Source of the DNA: Chitinophaga pinensis
GTDB taxonomy: Bacteria; Bacteroidota; Bacteroidia; AKYH767-A; OLB10
Direction: 5' to 3'
DNA length: 47,132 nt
Assembly: GCA_945872015.1 (NCBI GenBank)
Contig: CAMBYJ010000001.1
Location: 1 to 47,132 of the forward strand
The position numbers and the translations under genes were made by a program. Positions 9,928-20,068 of this stretch are shown here, in pieces. Position 1 is the stretch's first letter. Every line of letters begins with the position of its first letter. The notes beneath the pieces were generated by a model. It saw only the letters and a list, made by a program, of their open reading frames with translations, was not told where the DNA came from and did no database searches.

Positions 9928-12900
9928 TTAGAAAAACGCCCGTAACTGCATTCCTCCAGTATGAATAATTGAAAGCCCACTTGGTTTTCTTCCATCATAA
10001 TTTAACGATAGCTGCAAACTATTTCCAAGATTACGCTGGATAGACAATTGCCATTTATAGTTTTCACCAGCTTTTAATCCTTCCAGCATTTCATAAGCTA
10101 ACGACGTATTTGCATCACCGTTATAACTTATGTTTAAGTAATTTACTTTTATTCCAATTACCCCTTTTTTAATTGAGCTGTATCTAAACTCTGCACTCAA
10201 ATCGTTTATTACCGCGCGCTCATTATTACCTTCCACTAAACTATTTTGCTTATCGCTATTTCTATACGCAGCTAAAATTTTATACGTGCTATTGGGCTGA
10301 TAAACTAGCTGTGGTACAAATGCTATACTCTCTATTTTATAATTACGATTTAAAAAAAACTCGGCTGCCGATGTTTTATCACCTGCCTCTGCGGCCAATA
10401 AAAAATTAATCTCTTTTATAATTGCTTTACGAATAGTAGTAGAGAATACTTCATTCGTTCTGCTTTCAATTCCACTGCTCAAAAACTGTTTGCTACCCGT
10501 ATGCAGATAACTGAATTCCATTCCACCTTTCGGATTTAAACGATTGTAGAATAAAGTATGCTTACCTGATGTCTGATTGGCAATTAATTGATCAATTGAA
10601 TAATTTGTTAAAACAGGAATGAGATAATCTACTTTGAATACATCCGCATTAATTCTGTTATCAATCTTGAATGAAGAAAGTAATACCAAGCGATTAATAA
10701 ATGTTTTTCCTTTTAATGCGTTAGCAGGATTAATATTTATTGAAAAATTCAATTGATTAAAAACAACTTTCGTGTATTCATTCGTAGTGGAAAATATTCG
10801 AATGTAGTTAGCCTGATCTTTAAACTCTGCCACTTCAAATTCATTCAATTGCGGTATGCCATCACTGTTATAATCGTTCCAAGCATAAACACCTGACCCA
10901 TCTGCCACTCGAATATAGGAGTAAATACGCCTAGGCTCTGAACCTGTTCCACCCTCGTAATAGGCATTTAACTGAATTGCTTTCTTCCATGCGGTAGTGC
11001 TATAATCCACTCTTCCTGAAAACGACTCATCCCCTTTAATAGTCGTGACCAATGTATCTAGAATAAATAATTTTCGATAATTTAAGGTTGTGCTTATTCG
11101 GTGATTATTTTTAATGTTAGAAAATGTAAGAGCAGCAACATCAGCAATCGTAGCCGATTTAAAACCTCCATTTATCAACCCGTCTTCATACCTACGACTT
11201 ACACTGGCTTTTATTGGTGACTTGCTTGTATCGCCATGAATTAAGAAAACTTCTCCTGTTCGCCATGAAAAAGATCCTATCAATAAACTATCACTTGAAA
11301 CACTTTGCAATTGATTAGTTTCTTGCTCGTAAGACAATCCCGGTGTCCATGATTTAATTTTTTTCTGAATAATATCGCGTGTTTTGAAATAATTACTGTT
11401 AAATAAATTCCCTTTTGTATTTAACTGCGATGCATCAGCTTTTATATTCCATCCATTTTTAATCAAGCCAAGATTCACGAGATGCATCAAGCCTTCGTAT
11501 TGTTCATTGCGATGATAGTATTTGAAGCTGTAGGTCGATTTAAAATCTGTTTTGTGCAACAGACTCACATTGGAAAATAAGAGCAATTCATTAGATGCAC
11601 TTAAGTTTGTATTCGTATTCCAGTCGCGGGTAAATTCAGCAGCCCTGTAAATTTCTATTGGAGAAAAATTAATATCTGTAAATTCTGATTGTATCTGTGT
11701 TACTAACGACCATCCGCTAATTGTATCACTTCCTATATTTCGTTTATCATCAAATTGAAATCGGAACGCATAGCCGTTGTCGTTAGTCTTATCCTTTTTT
11801 GAAAATAAATTGATGTCGTTTTTTGTAACAGCGGATTCAAAACTTACTTTTGTTTTATTCGAAAAAGCATAATCAATTCCTGCTACTGCCATTTGTCTCT
11901 TTTTCGGACTAATCAAAAGTGAATAGGGTTCATAGTCGCCTTGTTGCTCTCCATTTAATGGCGCCACCCATTGATAAACTCTTCCGTTTGCAATATTATC
12001 GAGTGCAATATAATTCCCTTTTTTAATTCCAACATTGGTAAAACCTAATCTGTAAAATGCACTATCAACTGCTGTTGAATAAACAAAAACAGAATAAATA
12101 GTGCCGTTAACATTCGTATCTCGTTTAGCGTACAGCAACTCGTTAATGTTATAAGCAACACTATCAGCATTCAAATACAAAGCATCATTTAGACTATCAC
12201 CTGCATTGGCTAAAATTAATTTTTGCTCTTCTGATAAATCCTGAAGCACCGGCTGATTTTTACTATCCTGTTCCGAATAAATATTAAAATGAGTATTCAG
12301 TTTTGCGCTTCTCCAATTCACATTTCCTGTAAGCATTGAACGTGCATAATTCCTATCGCTGTACTGAAATTCTACAATAATTCTAGAGTCTTTACTAATT
12401 ATTCTACGAGGAGTAAACTTAATTTCAGCGGTGTTGTAATCAATAATATAATCACGATCCTGACCACGCTCCAATAACTGTCCATCTAAAAAAACTTTTT
12501 CTGTTCCAGACAACACAATAATAAAAAACTCATTTTCGGCACCGCGTAACCGATAGGGACCTTGATTAGATTCAATTCCAGGAAATAGCTGTCGTGCAAA
12601 TTTACCTCTTGATATTGCGGCAGCAGCCCCAACTTCCAATCCATGTTTTTTATTATTTACAGTAATAGCTGAATCTCGAAACTGATAACTTATTCCTTGT
12701 CCTTTTTTAACATATTTCAAAAAATAACCTTCGGGATTACGAGCATCAAAATCACCCACAATCACTTTATTCTTTTCATTACTAAGCTGAATAAATACGC
12801 GATCAAACTCCTGTAACTGTTGTGTATTACCGTCGGCTTGAATAGGAATATTATCATCTGTAATTGCAGCTACGACTTCAATACCATTTGCCAATTTACC

Positions 12901-13392
12901 TGATAGTTGTAAATTCAAACTACTGTTTACAATAGGATCCTGATTATTCCCAATTGATAATCCTCGCGAAATACTTCCAGCCTTGTTAAATCCTCCTAAA
13001 CCAAAAATGCTTTCTTTGTTAGTCGTTGATGATTCTTTGTAAAAAGTATTTGTATTCTTTGGATCATATGAGCTGATATCATTTCGCTGTCGCTTGTAAA
13101 AGGCTTTATCAAAATTTATCGGATAAACTTTATAAACTATTTCAACCGAATCTTTTTTATTTCGAGTACTATTTTCCCAGATTAATAAAGCTCGCGTATA
13201 ATCAATCGTAGCTTCATATTTTTTATCTCCTAAAAAAATCAAACTGCCCGGAACAATGCTTAGCGTATCAATTATAATTGTATCGGTATTAGTACGAATA
13301 ACTTTTGATCGAATAGACGCAGACTGTTGCGCATAGCCCAAAAAACTACATAACATCAAAACAATGAATAGGAAAGGGCTTTTGCTTTTCAC
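9928..13392 (-). CDS. Large (1154 aa) outer-membrane beta-barrel-like protein, function unknown.
   Basis: GTG start (complement of 13390-13392). The signal peptide is MKSKSPFLFIVLMLCSFLGYAQQ. The protein shows alternating beta-strand-like composition throughout and ends in aromatic residues (..GGMQLRAFF), typical of OM barrels. I do not recognise a named family. Confidence 0.6.
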   Translation of the reverse strand: MKSKSPFLFIVLMLCSFLGYAQQSASIRSKVIRTNTDTIIIDTLSIVPGSLIFLGDKKYEATIDYTRALLIWENSTRNKKDSVEIVYKVYPINFDKAFYKRQRNDISSYDPKNTNTFYKESSTTNKESIFGLGGFNKAGSISRGLSIGNNQDPIVNSSLNLQLSGKLANGIEVVAAITDDNIPIQADGNTQQLQEFDRVFIQLSNEKNKVIVGDFDARNPEGYFLKYVKKGQGISYQFRDSAITVNNKKHGLEVGAAAAISRGKFARQLFPGIESNQGPYRLRGAENEFFIIVLSGTEKVFLDGQLLERGQDRDYIIDYNTAEIKFTPRRIISKDSRIIVEFQYSDRNYARSMLTGNVNWRSAKLNTHFNIYSEQDSKNQPVLQDLSEEQKLILANAGDSLNDALYLNADSVAYNINELLYAKRDTNVNGTIYSVFVYSTAVDSAFYRLGFTNVGIKKGNYIALDNIANGRVYQWVAPLNGEQQGDYEPYSLLISPKKRQMAVAGIDYAFSNKTKVSFESAVTKNDINLFSKKDKTNDNGYAFRFQFDDKRNIGSDTISGWSLVTQIQSEFTDINFSPIEIYRAAEFTRDWNTNTNLSASNELLLFSNVSLLHKTDFKSTYSFKYYHRNEQYEGLMHLVNLGLIKNGWNIKADASQLNTKGNLFNSNYFKTRDIIQKKIKSWTPGLSYEQETNQLQSVSSDSLLIGSFSWRTGEVFLIHGDTSKSPIKASVSRRYEDGLINGGFKSATIADVAALTFSNIKNNHRISTTLNYRKLFILDTLVTTIKGDESFSGRVDYSTTAWKKAIQLNAYYEGGTGSEPRRIYSYIRVADGSGVYAWNDYNSDGIPQLNEFEVAEFKDQANYIRIFSTTNEYTKVVFNQLNFSININPANALKGKTFINRLVLLSSFKIDNRINADVFKVDYLIPVLTNYSIDQLIANQTSGKHTLFYNRLNPKGGMEFSYLHTGSKQFLSSGIESRTNEVFSTTIRKAIIKEINFLLAAEAGDKTSAAEFFLNRNYKIESIAFVPQLVYQPNSTYKILAAYRNSDKQNSLVEGNNERAVINDLSAEFRYSSIKKGVIGIKVNYLNISYNGDANTSLAYEMLEGLKAGENYKWQLSIQRNLGNSLQLSLNYDGRKPSGLSIIHTGGMQLRAFF

Positions 13393-13493
13393 GATATAAA
13401 ATTAACTAAACAATACGCGCAATTGTTATTTGGTTTTATTTGTTTTTAATATACATCCGTTGACAAATCAACGTATAATCTTAGTGATTTTAT

Positions 13494-13501
13494 TATTTTT
13501 G
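13494..13501 (+). promoter_or_regulatory. Candidate -7 box TATTTTTG for xth.
   Basis: An exact TAnnTTTG match lies 17 nt upstream of the GTG start at 13518. No clear -33 element is present. Confidence 0.35.
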
Positions 13502-13517
13502 AGAAAACTATTTTACT

Positions 13518-14282
13518 GTGAAAATAATAACCTATAACGTCAATGGCATACGTGCCGCTTTTACTAAAGGCTTAGCATCCTGGATACAAACTGTGAACCC
13601 TGATGTAATATTGCTTCAAGAGACAAAAGCTGAAAAAGAACAGGTGGATATGAAAGAGCTTGAAGAAATGGGGTATCATCATTTCTGGCATTCGGCGGTT
13701 AAAAAAGGATATAGCGGGGTAGCCTTGTTTTCAAAAATAAAACCTGATCATGTAGAATATGGTTCTGGTAATGCCGCTATTGATGAAGAAGGTAGAATTA
13801 TAAGAGCCGACTTTGGAGATTTGTCCATAATGAGCGTTTATATTCCTTCGGGATCAAGTGGCGAAGAGCGACAAGATTTCAAAATGAATTGGCTTTCATG
13901 GTTTGACAATTACATTGCAGATTTAAAGCAACAACGACCTAAGTTGATCATTGGTGGTGATGCTAACATATGCCACAAGCCTATCGATATTCATAACCCG
14001 GTTAGCAACGCAAAATCATCAGGATTTTTACCTGAAGAACGTGAATGGATGGAAGGTTTCATCAATTCTGGATTTATCGACTCTTTTCGTCATTTTAATC
14101 AAGAGCCTCATCAATATACGTGGTGGACATTCAGAGCGGGTGCGCGAGCAAAAAATTTAGGTTGGCGTATTGATTATTTACTGGCTACCGAAAATTTAAA
14201 AGGTCATTTGGTGCGTTCGCATATTCATAGTGATGCTGTACACTCTGACCATTGCCCTGTGTTGCTAGAGATAAAACACTAA
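13518..14282 (+). CDS. xth: Exodeoxyribonuclease III (ExoIII/APE1-family AP endonuclease).
   Basis: GTG start. Family motifs present: MKIITYNVNGIRA, LLQETK, and C-terminal HSDAVHSDHCPV. The length of 254 aa is typical. Confidence 0.9.
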   Translation: MKIITYNVNGIRAAFTKGLASWIQTVNPDVILLQETKAEKEQVDMKELEEMGYHHFWHSAVKKGYSGVALFSKIKPDHVEYGSGNAAIDEEGRIIRADFGDLSIMSVYIPSGSSGEERQDFKMNWLSWFDNYIADLKQQRPKLIIGGDANICHKPIDIHNPVSNAKSSGFLPEEREWMEGFINSGFIDSFRHFNQEPHQYTWWTFRAGARAKNLGWRIDYLLATENLKGHLVRSHIHSDAVHSDHCPVLLEIKH

Positions 14283-14475
14283 GGTGCTACTTTCTTAGAA
14301 ATCGTTGTATTAACTTTTTTGTACTGCTTCCAATTTGCAAAATCCAGTCTTGAGAGTGCATAAATTACGTCCATTTATAAGTCAATTGTTTTAACATTAC
14401 AGTGTTGAATATTCCATTTTATAGTATAGAATTGCACCTTCATGCTCCGTACTTTAGTACTTCTAACTCACAACA

Positions 14476-15474
14476 ATGAAAAAATTAATCCCTTTCTTCT
14501 TAATTATCGCAATTACAGCCGTTTCATGTGTTCCATCTCGATTACATAACGAGCTAAAAGCGCAAAAAAACAAGAGTACTTTAGAAAATGATTCTCTTAA
14601 AGCAGCGAACTTAAACTTAACTACTCGCAATAACGAGCTTTCATACCAAAATGAAACGAATAGTGGTTTAGTAGCTAAATTTGAAAGAGAGCGTGCAGCA
14701 TTAGAAAATAAAATTGCAGAATTGCGTAAAGAAAAAGAAGAAGTAAGTTTAAAATACGATCAGCTTTTAAAAGAAGGATCATTGGCGACTACAAATACTG
14801 AAGCCAATAAAAAGCTGATTCGTGATTTGCAAAAAACAAAAGAAGATTTGCAAAAACGCGAAGATGAAATTGCGAAAAAAGAAAAAGAGCTTAAGCAAAA
14901 AGCGCTTGACTTAGAAATATTAAGCAAAGAGTTAGATGTTAAAAACAGTCGTGTAGAAGAATTAGAAAAATTAATTGCTTCAAAAGACTCAACAGCTCAG
15001 GCATTAAAAAATTCGGTTGCCAATGCACTAATTGGATTTACAGACAAAGGTTTAACGGTTGAACTTCGCAACGGAAAAGTATATGTGATGTTAGAAGAAC
15101 GACTTTTATTTGCAACTGGAAGTACTGTAGTAGATGTTAAAGGCGTTGATGCATTAAAAGCTTTAGCGAAAGTGTTAGAATCTGATATTTCGAATGATAT
15201 TTTAATTGAAGGACACACCGATAATGTTCCGATGAAAGGCACAGGAGAAATTAAAGACAACTGGGATTTAAGTGTGATGAGAGCAACATCTGTTGTGAAA
15301 ATCATTACTTCAAATTCGAATATTAGTCCTGACCGTTTAACTGCTGCAGGTAAAGGAGAATTTAATCCTTTAGATAATTCCAATACTGTTGATGGCAGAA
15401 AGAAAAATCGCCGTATTGAAGTGGTAATTACTCCTAAACTCGACGAAATTTTTAAAGTTCTCGAAAAGAACTAA
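14476..15474 (+). CDS. OmpA/MotB-domain peptidoglycan-binding lipoprotein with a long coiled coil.
   Basis: The lipobox is ..ITAVSC. About 150 aa of K/E/L-rich coiled coil follow. The C-terminal OmpA-like domain carries GHTDNVP, LSVMRATSV and KNRRIEVVITP. Confidence 0.85.
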   Translation: MKKLIPFFLIIAITAVSCVPSRLHNELKAQKNKSTLENDSLKAANLNLTTRNNELSYQNETNSGLVAKFERERAALENKIAELRKEKEEVSLKYDQLLKEGSLATTNTEANKKLIRDLQKTKEDLQKREDEIAKKEKELKQKALDLEILSKELDVKNSRVEELEKLIASKDSTAQALKNSVANALIGFTDKGLTVELRNGKVYVMLEERLLFATGSTVVDVKGVDALKALAKVLESDISNDILIEGHTDNVPMKGTGEIKDNWDLSVMRATSVVKIITSNSNISPDRLTAAGKGEFNPLDNSNTVDGRKKNRRIEVVITPKLDEIFKVLEKN

Positions 15475-15488
15475 TCTACTTATCATCT

Positions 15489-16601
15489 ATGTTAGCACCA
15501 CTTAGAAGTTTATTATCGTCTTATCGATTACTTTTAAGTGGTTTTTTTATTTTTTTGTTTTTCAATGCCAACGCTCAAGATCCTGTTGTTGCCTACCGAG
15601 ATATCAGAGGCTATTTATTTGTTTTCGAAAACGGAGGTCCGCGTACGTTAGACACAAGACCTGTAAGAGAATTTCGCTCAGCAGGTCCTTATGTTGGATT
15701 TGTTAACTCAGCTAACAACTTAATTGTTTATTACAACGGACAGCTTACTGATTTAGGAGATGTTACTAATACAAAATTTGATGTCAATTATTCATTTCTG
15801 ATTTATAAGAGAGATAATGTACTAGCTGTATTTGAAAAAGGTAATTTAACACGACTCAGTTATTTTATCAGAGACTATAAAATAGCAGAAGGGTTAATTG
15901 TTTTTCGAGAAACGATTGCTGATGTACTTAAAGTTTATCGTGATGGTAAAATACAGGAGCTGGAAACTACGCTTGTAGGTAAACTAGGAAATTATGCTGC
16001 AGGTAAAAACACCGTTGCTTTTACCAATAGAAACGGGTATTTAAAAATTTATGATTCAGGCGACTTATTTGAAATTGATAATAACGGAACAACCGATTTT
16101 GCCTGTGGGAAAAATATTGTTGCTTATACAGACGGCGCTAACTTCTCTTTTAAAGTATATTACTTAGGTAAGATTGTTACACTGGAAGAATTAAAAGCTC
16201 AATCATTCAAAGTTGGTGATGATATTGCAGCATATGTAACCGATGAAAATTACTTTAAAGTTTATACTAATGGAAAACTCTTAAAGCTTGAATCGTATGC
16301 TCCCGATTTTTATGAAGTTAAAGACCAGTGCGTGGTATTCTATATTAATAATAAATTTCAAGCGCTTGTAAATGGGGTGCGTTACGACCTAGAGAACTTT
16401 GAACCTCTGAGCTATAAGATTAGTCAGAATAGCATTGCATGGGTTGATCAAAACCAACGCTTGCATTTATTTTCGAATGGAAAATCTGTTATTGCGACTA
16501 CAGAACTTTTTACATCTTATGACTTGAACAATTCAATATTGTCTTTTAATAGTCCTGAAAATATTACAGCCATTTATTACCAAGGTAAAATCTATCGCTA
16601 A
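15489..16601 (+). CDS. Secreted protein built from ten repeats of about 35 aa (beta-propeller-like; unknown family).
   Basis: The signal peptide ends ..FFNANAQ. The motif h-[YF]-x-x-G recurs at about aa 45, 80, 114, 149, 187, 223, 258, 293, 328 and 363 (VFENGG, VYYNGQ, VFEKGN, VYRDGK, IYDSGD, VYYLGK, VYTNGK, ALVNGV, LFSNGK, IYYQGK). Confidence 0.7.
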   Translation: MLAPLRSLLSSYRLLLSGFFIFLFFNANAQDPVVAYRDIRGYLFVFENGGPRTLDTRPVREFRSAGPYVGFVNSANNLIVYYNGQLTDLGDVTNTKFDVNYSFLIYKRDNVLAVFEKGNLTRLSYFIRDYKIAEGLIVFRETIADVLKVYRDGKIQELETTLVGKLGNYAAGKNTVAFTNRNGYLKIYDSGDLFEIDNNGTTDFACGKNIVAYTDGANFSFKVYYLGKIVTLEELKAQSFKVGDDIAAYVTDENYFKVYTNGKLLKLESYAPDFYEVKDQCVVFYINNKFQALVNGVRYDLENFEPLSYKISQNSIAWVDQNQRLHLFSNGKSVIATTELFTSYDLNNSILSFNSPENITAIYYQGKIYR

Positions 16602-16602
16602 A

Positions 16603-18198
16603 ATGAAATATAAAATTCAACTTCTGCTAATAGCATGTGTGTTATTTTCATCTAACAACTATGCACAAATTGGATTTGCTCCACTAAGTAATGTTGATCA
16701 GTACACCTACGAAAAGGGATTATATTCTACTTCGAGCGAAGCACATACATCATTTAAACCCTACTTGCTAAAAGATTTAAAAACAATTCCGTTTTATGAT
16801 TCATTGCAAAATCCTGTAATGCCCAATAAACCATTTTATAAAACACTGGTTGGAAGAAAAATTTTCAAAGAGCATTTACTTGAAGTTCGTGAGGATGATT
16901 ACCATTTATATTTTGATGCGTTAATGGACTTATCAGGAGGTAGCGATAGTTATACTGATAATAATTTTAAAAATAATACACGCGGTGCAGGTATTGGTGG
17001 TAGTGTTGGTAAACGATTTTCCTTCAATGCTACGTTTTATGAAAATCAAAGCACTTTCCCATACTACATCGATTCAACCATTAAGTTAACACGTGTTGTA
17101 CCAGGAACAGGAAGAGTAAAAGGAACAGGGCCCTACGATTTTGCATGGGCAACAGGAAGTTTAACCTATGAACTCAACAAACATTTTACTTTTCAATTTG
17201 GTAACGACAAAAATTTTATTGGCGATGGTTACCGTTCTCTTTTATTATCTGATAATGCATTTAATTATCCGCATGTAAAAATTATTACAGACATCTGGAA
17301 AATCAGATACGTGAACATCTTTGCTGAAATGCAGGATATCACAAGAAAAGACTTTCAGGATAATGAACCTTTTATTCGTAAATACGCGTCGATGCATTAT
17401 CTCGATTTAAATATTGGTAAACGTGCATCGATTGGTGTTTTCGAGAGCGTGGTTTGGCATAGCGACTCTACTGGCATTCGTGGATTTGATATTGGCTACA
17501 TGAATCCGTTTATCTTTTTCAGACCTGTTGAGTTTTCAATCGGCTCACCTGATAATGTATTGATGGGCTTTAATGTAAAATATAAAATCACGAATAAAAC
17601 AACGGCCTACGCACAATTGCTACTCGACGAATTTTTAATCAAAGAAGTGAGAGCTGGTAAAGGCTGGTGGGGAAATAAACAAGGATGGCAGTTAGGAGTT
17701 AAGTCGTTTGATTTATTTGGTGTGAAAAATCTTTACGGGCAACTTGAATACAATGCCGTGCGACCATTTACGTATCAACATCGCGATGCATTAGGAAACT
17801 ACGGACATTACGGACAATCATTAGCACATCCAATGGGAGCTAACTTTTATGAGGTTGTTGGAATTGGTAACTATCGATACAAGCGCTGGAGTTTTGAAGG
17901 GAAAGTAAATTACTACGTAGCAGGATTAGATAGCGGTGGTTATAACTTCGGACAAAATGTTTTTCTTCCGTATGTAACACGTGCTAACGAATATGGTAAT
18001 GAAATCGGACAAGGAGAGAAACATACCATCAGTATCCTAACGATGGGTATATACTATGAATTTAATCCGATAACGCGTTTATCAGGATTTATTGAAGCAA
18101 CTAATCGAAACGATAAGAGCGACAAAGGAACTATTTCAGAAATGATTATTCAGGCAGGTATTAAAACACGTTTGTTTAATCGCTATTATGATTTTTAA
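16603..18198 (+). CDS. Outer-membrane protein, Wzi-family / RemB-like (polysaccharide- or gliding-associated).
   Basis: The signal peptide ends ..NNYAQ. The protein is a 531-aa Tyr/Gly/Phe-rich barrel-like sequence ending ..RLFNRYYDF. Its position immediately upstream of a flippase matches what I remember of genes annotated RemB in Flavobacteriia. This is assigned from memory, not verified. Confidence 0.5.
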   Translation: MKYKIQLLLIACVLFSSNNYAQIGFAPLSNVDQYTYEKGLYSTSSEAHTSFKPYLLKDLKTIPFYDSLQNPVMPNKPFYKTLVGRKIFKEHLLEVREDDYHLYFDALMDLSGGSDSYTDNNFKNNTRGAGIGGSVGKRFSFNATFYENQSTFPYYIDSTIKLTRVVPGTGRVKGTGPYDFAWATGSLTYELNKHFTFQFGNDKNFIGDGYRSLLLSDNAFNYPHVKIITDIWKIRYVNIFAEMQDITRKDFQDNEPFIRKYASMHYLDLNIGKRASIGVFESVVWHSDSTGIRGFDIGYMNPFIFFRPVEFSIGSPDNVLMGFNVKYKITNKTTAYAQLLLDEFLIKEVRAGKGWWGNKQGWQLGVKSFDLFGVKNLYGQLEYNAVRPFTYQHRDALGNYGHYGQSLAHPMGANFYEVVGIGNYRYKRWSFEGKVNYYVAGLDSGGYNFGQNVFLPYVTRANEYGNEIGQGEKHTISILTMGIYYEFNPITRLSGFIEATNRNDKSDKGTISEMIIQAGIKTRLFNRYYDF

Positions 18199-18209
18199 AT
18201 TTCAATAAT

Positions 18210-19688
18210 TTGAGTCAGATAAAAAAACTGGCAGGTCAAACTGCTATTTATGGTTTAAGCAGTATCATTGGGCGTTTGCTCAATTATTTGCTCGTGCCAT
18301 TATACACGCGCATATTTGATCCAGCAGCTTACGGAGTAGTGTCTGAATTTTACGCTTACGTTACCTTCTTAATTGTACTTTATACATACGGAATGGAAAC
18401 TGCTTATTTTCATTTTTCATCGAAGAAAGAAACTAGTTTAAATGTCTATTCAAATAGTTTAAGTACGCTTACGTTTTCATCTGTTATCCTTTCAAGTATT
18501 CTGATTTTATTTTCGCAATCAATTGCAACAACTTTAGGATATGAAGCACATTCCGAATATATTGTTTGGTTTGCGTTGATACTTGCGTTTGATGCGATTA
18601 CAGCATTACCATTTGCAAAGCTTCGTCAAGAAAATAGAGCTAAGCGATTCGCACTAATTAAAATCGTAAACATCAGTTCTAATATTGGATTAAATTTATT
18701 TTTCCTCGCTTTATTACCACAAATTACAAATAATAATTCGTTAAGTGTTTTATACAATCCTGCGATTGGTGTAGGCTATGTGTTTATTGCTAATTTGATT
18801 TCCAGTTTTATTACCTTATTATTTTTTACGAGTGATTTCCGACAAATAAAATTTAGCATTGACAAAGCCCTCGTAAAAGAAATGCTCGTATATGCATTCC
18901 CGTTATTGATTGCAGGATTTGCTGGAATGATTAACGAAACGCTTGATCGTGCTATTTTAAAATACCTGGTAACAGATAAATCGACAGCACTACATCAGTT
19001 AGGTGTTTATAGCGCTTGTTACAAGTTAAGTATCATCATGACGCTTTTCGTACAGACGTACCGTTATGCAGCGGAGCCATTTTTCTTTTCACAGCAATCG
19101 AAGAAAAACAACAAAGAGCTATATGCAACTATCATGAATTACTTTGTATTTGTTTGTAGCTTGATTTTTTTAGGGGTTATGCTATTTATGAATATTGCTA
19201 AATATTTTATTGGCGAAAAATTTCACGAAGGATTACAGGTTGTTCCTATTTTATTATTCGCGAATTTGTTTTTAGGAGTTTATTTGAATTTAAGTATGTG
19301 GTATAAGCTATCTGGAAAAACAAAATACGGTGCTTGGTTTTCAATCGTAGGTGCAATCATTACAATCGTTTTAAACTTTTTACTGATTCCGAAGATGGGT
19401 TACATAGGTGCTGCATGGGCAACGTTTATTTGCTATGGAGCCATTATGGTTATTTCTTATATCTACGGACAAAAACACTATGCTATTCCTTATAGCATTA
19501 AGATATGTACTTCCATTGTTTTGTTAAGCGTGATATTATGGCAAGTGAGTAGTTATCTTTTAATGACATTAAATTCAGGAGTGGTCATGTCGTTTTTAAT
19601 TAAGATGACAGCCATATCCATCTTTACCATGTTATCGTGGTTGCTATTAAAACCATCCTCCACAGTTAAATTAGTTGACGAGCAATGA
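18210..19688 (+). CDS. MOP-superfamily polysaccharide/oligosaccharide flippase (Wzx-like).
   Basis: TTG start. There are about 12-14 hydrophobic segments. The N-terminus KKLAGQTAIYGLSSIIGRLLNYLLVPLYT is typical of 'polysaccharide biosynthesis protein' flippases. Confidence 0.75.
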   Translation: MSQIKKLAGQTAIYGLSSIIGRLLNYLLVPLYTRIFDPAAYGVVSEFYAYVTFLIVLYTYGMETAYFHFSSKKETSLNVYSNSLSTLTFSSVILSSILILFSQSIATTLGYEAHSEYIVWFALILAFDAITALPFAKLRQENRAKRFALIKIVNISSNIGLNLFFLALLPQITNNNSLSVLYNPAIGVGYVFIANLISSFITLLFFTSDFRQIKFSIDKALVKEMLVYAFPLLIAGFAGMINETLDRAILKYLVTDKSTALHQLGVYSACYKLSIIMTLFVQTYRYAAEPFFFSQQSKKNNKELYATIMNYFVFVCSLIFLGVMLFMNIAKYFIGEKFHEGLQVVPILLFANLFLGVYLNLSMWYKLSGKTKYGAWFSIVGAIITIVLNFLLIPKMGYIGAAWATFICYGAIMVISYIYGQKHYAIPYSIKICTSIVLLSVILWQVSSYLLMTLNSGVVMSFLIKMTAISIFTMLSWLLLKPSSTVKLVDEQ

Positions 19689-20011
19689 TTATTACAAAAG
19701 ATTTTGAAGCGGTATCCTCTTTTGAAGAATTTACAATAACGCACAAAATTATTTTATTCGACTTTTATGCCGACTGGTGCGAGCCCTGTAAAATGTTGGA
19801 TGAAATATTAAAGGAAGTCGATAAGGATTTAACGGCTGAACTATTAATCTGCAAAATCGACATCGATAAAAATCCTGCTTTGCAAAAGCACTTTGCAATA
19901 ATGAGTGTTCCAACCTTAATGATTTATAAGGATTCCACGATGAGTTGGAGAATGCCTGGTTTTGAATTAGCACAGGATTTAAAGAAGCGTATTGAAGGAT
20001 TTTTAATTTAA
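19685..20011 (+). CDS. Thioredoxin.
   Basis: The active site is WCEPCK, followed by ..SVPTLMIY, in a 108-aa protein. The start overlaps the flippase stop as ATGA (19685-19688). Confidence 0.85.
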   Translation: MIITKDFEAVSSFEEFTITHKIILFDFYADWCEPCKMLDEILKEVDKDLTAELLICKIDIDKNPALQKHFAIMSVPTLMIYKDSTMSWRMPGFELAQDLKKRIEGFLI

Positions 20012-20031
20012 GCTACAACTATCCTAAAATA

Positions 20032-20058
20032 AGAAAGCCCCGAAATTCGGGGCTTTCT
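20032..20058. terminator. Bidirectional intrinsic terminator between trx (+) and tRNA-Gln (-).
   Basis: A perfect 11-bp stem (AGAAAGCCCCG / CGGGGCTTTCT) closes a 5-nt loop. The sequence after the stem is T-rich in the minus sense (TTATTTT). Confidence 0.8.
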
Positions 20059-20068
20059 AGTATTGCTG

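Noticed and set aside
13460-13479. Perfect sigma-70 hexamers TTGACA (13460-13465) and TATAAT (13474-13479) upstream of xth.
   Set aside because: The spacer is only 8 nt instead of about 17, so this cannot work as a -35/-10 pair. Bacteroidota primary promoters use TTTG/TAnnTTTG instead. The hexamers are part of a small palindrome (CGTTGA-CAAA-TCAACG).
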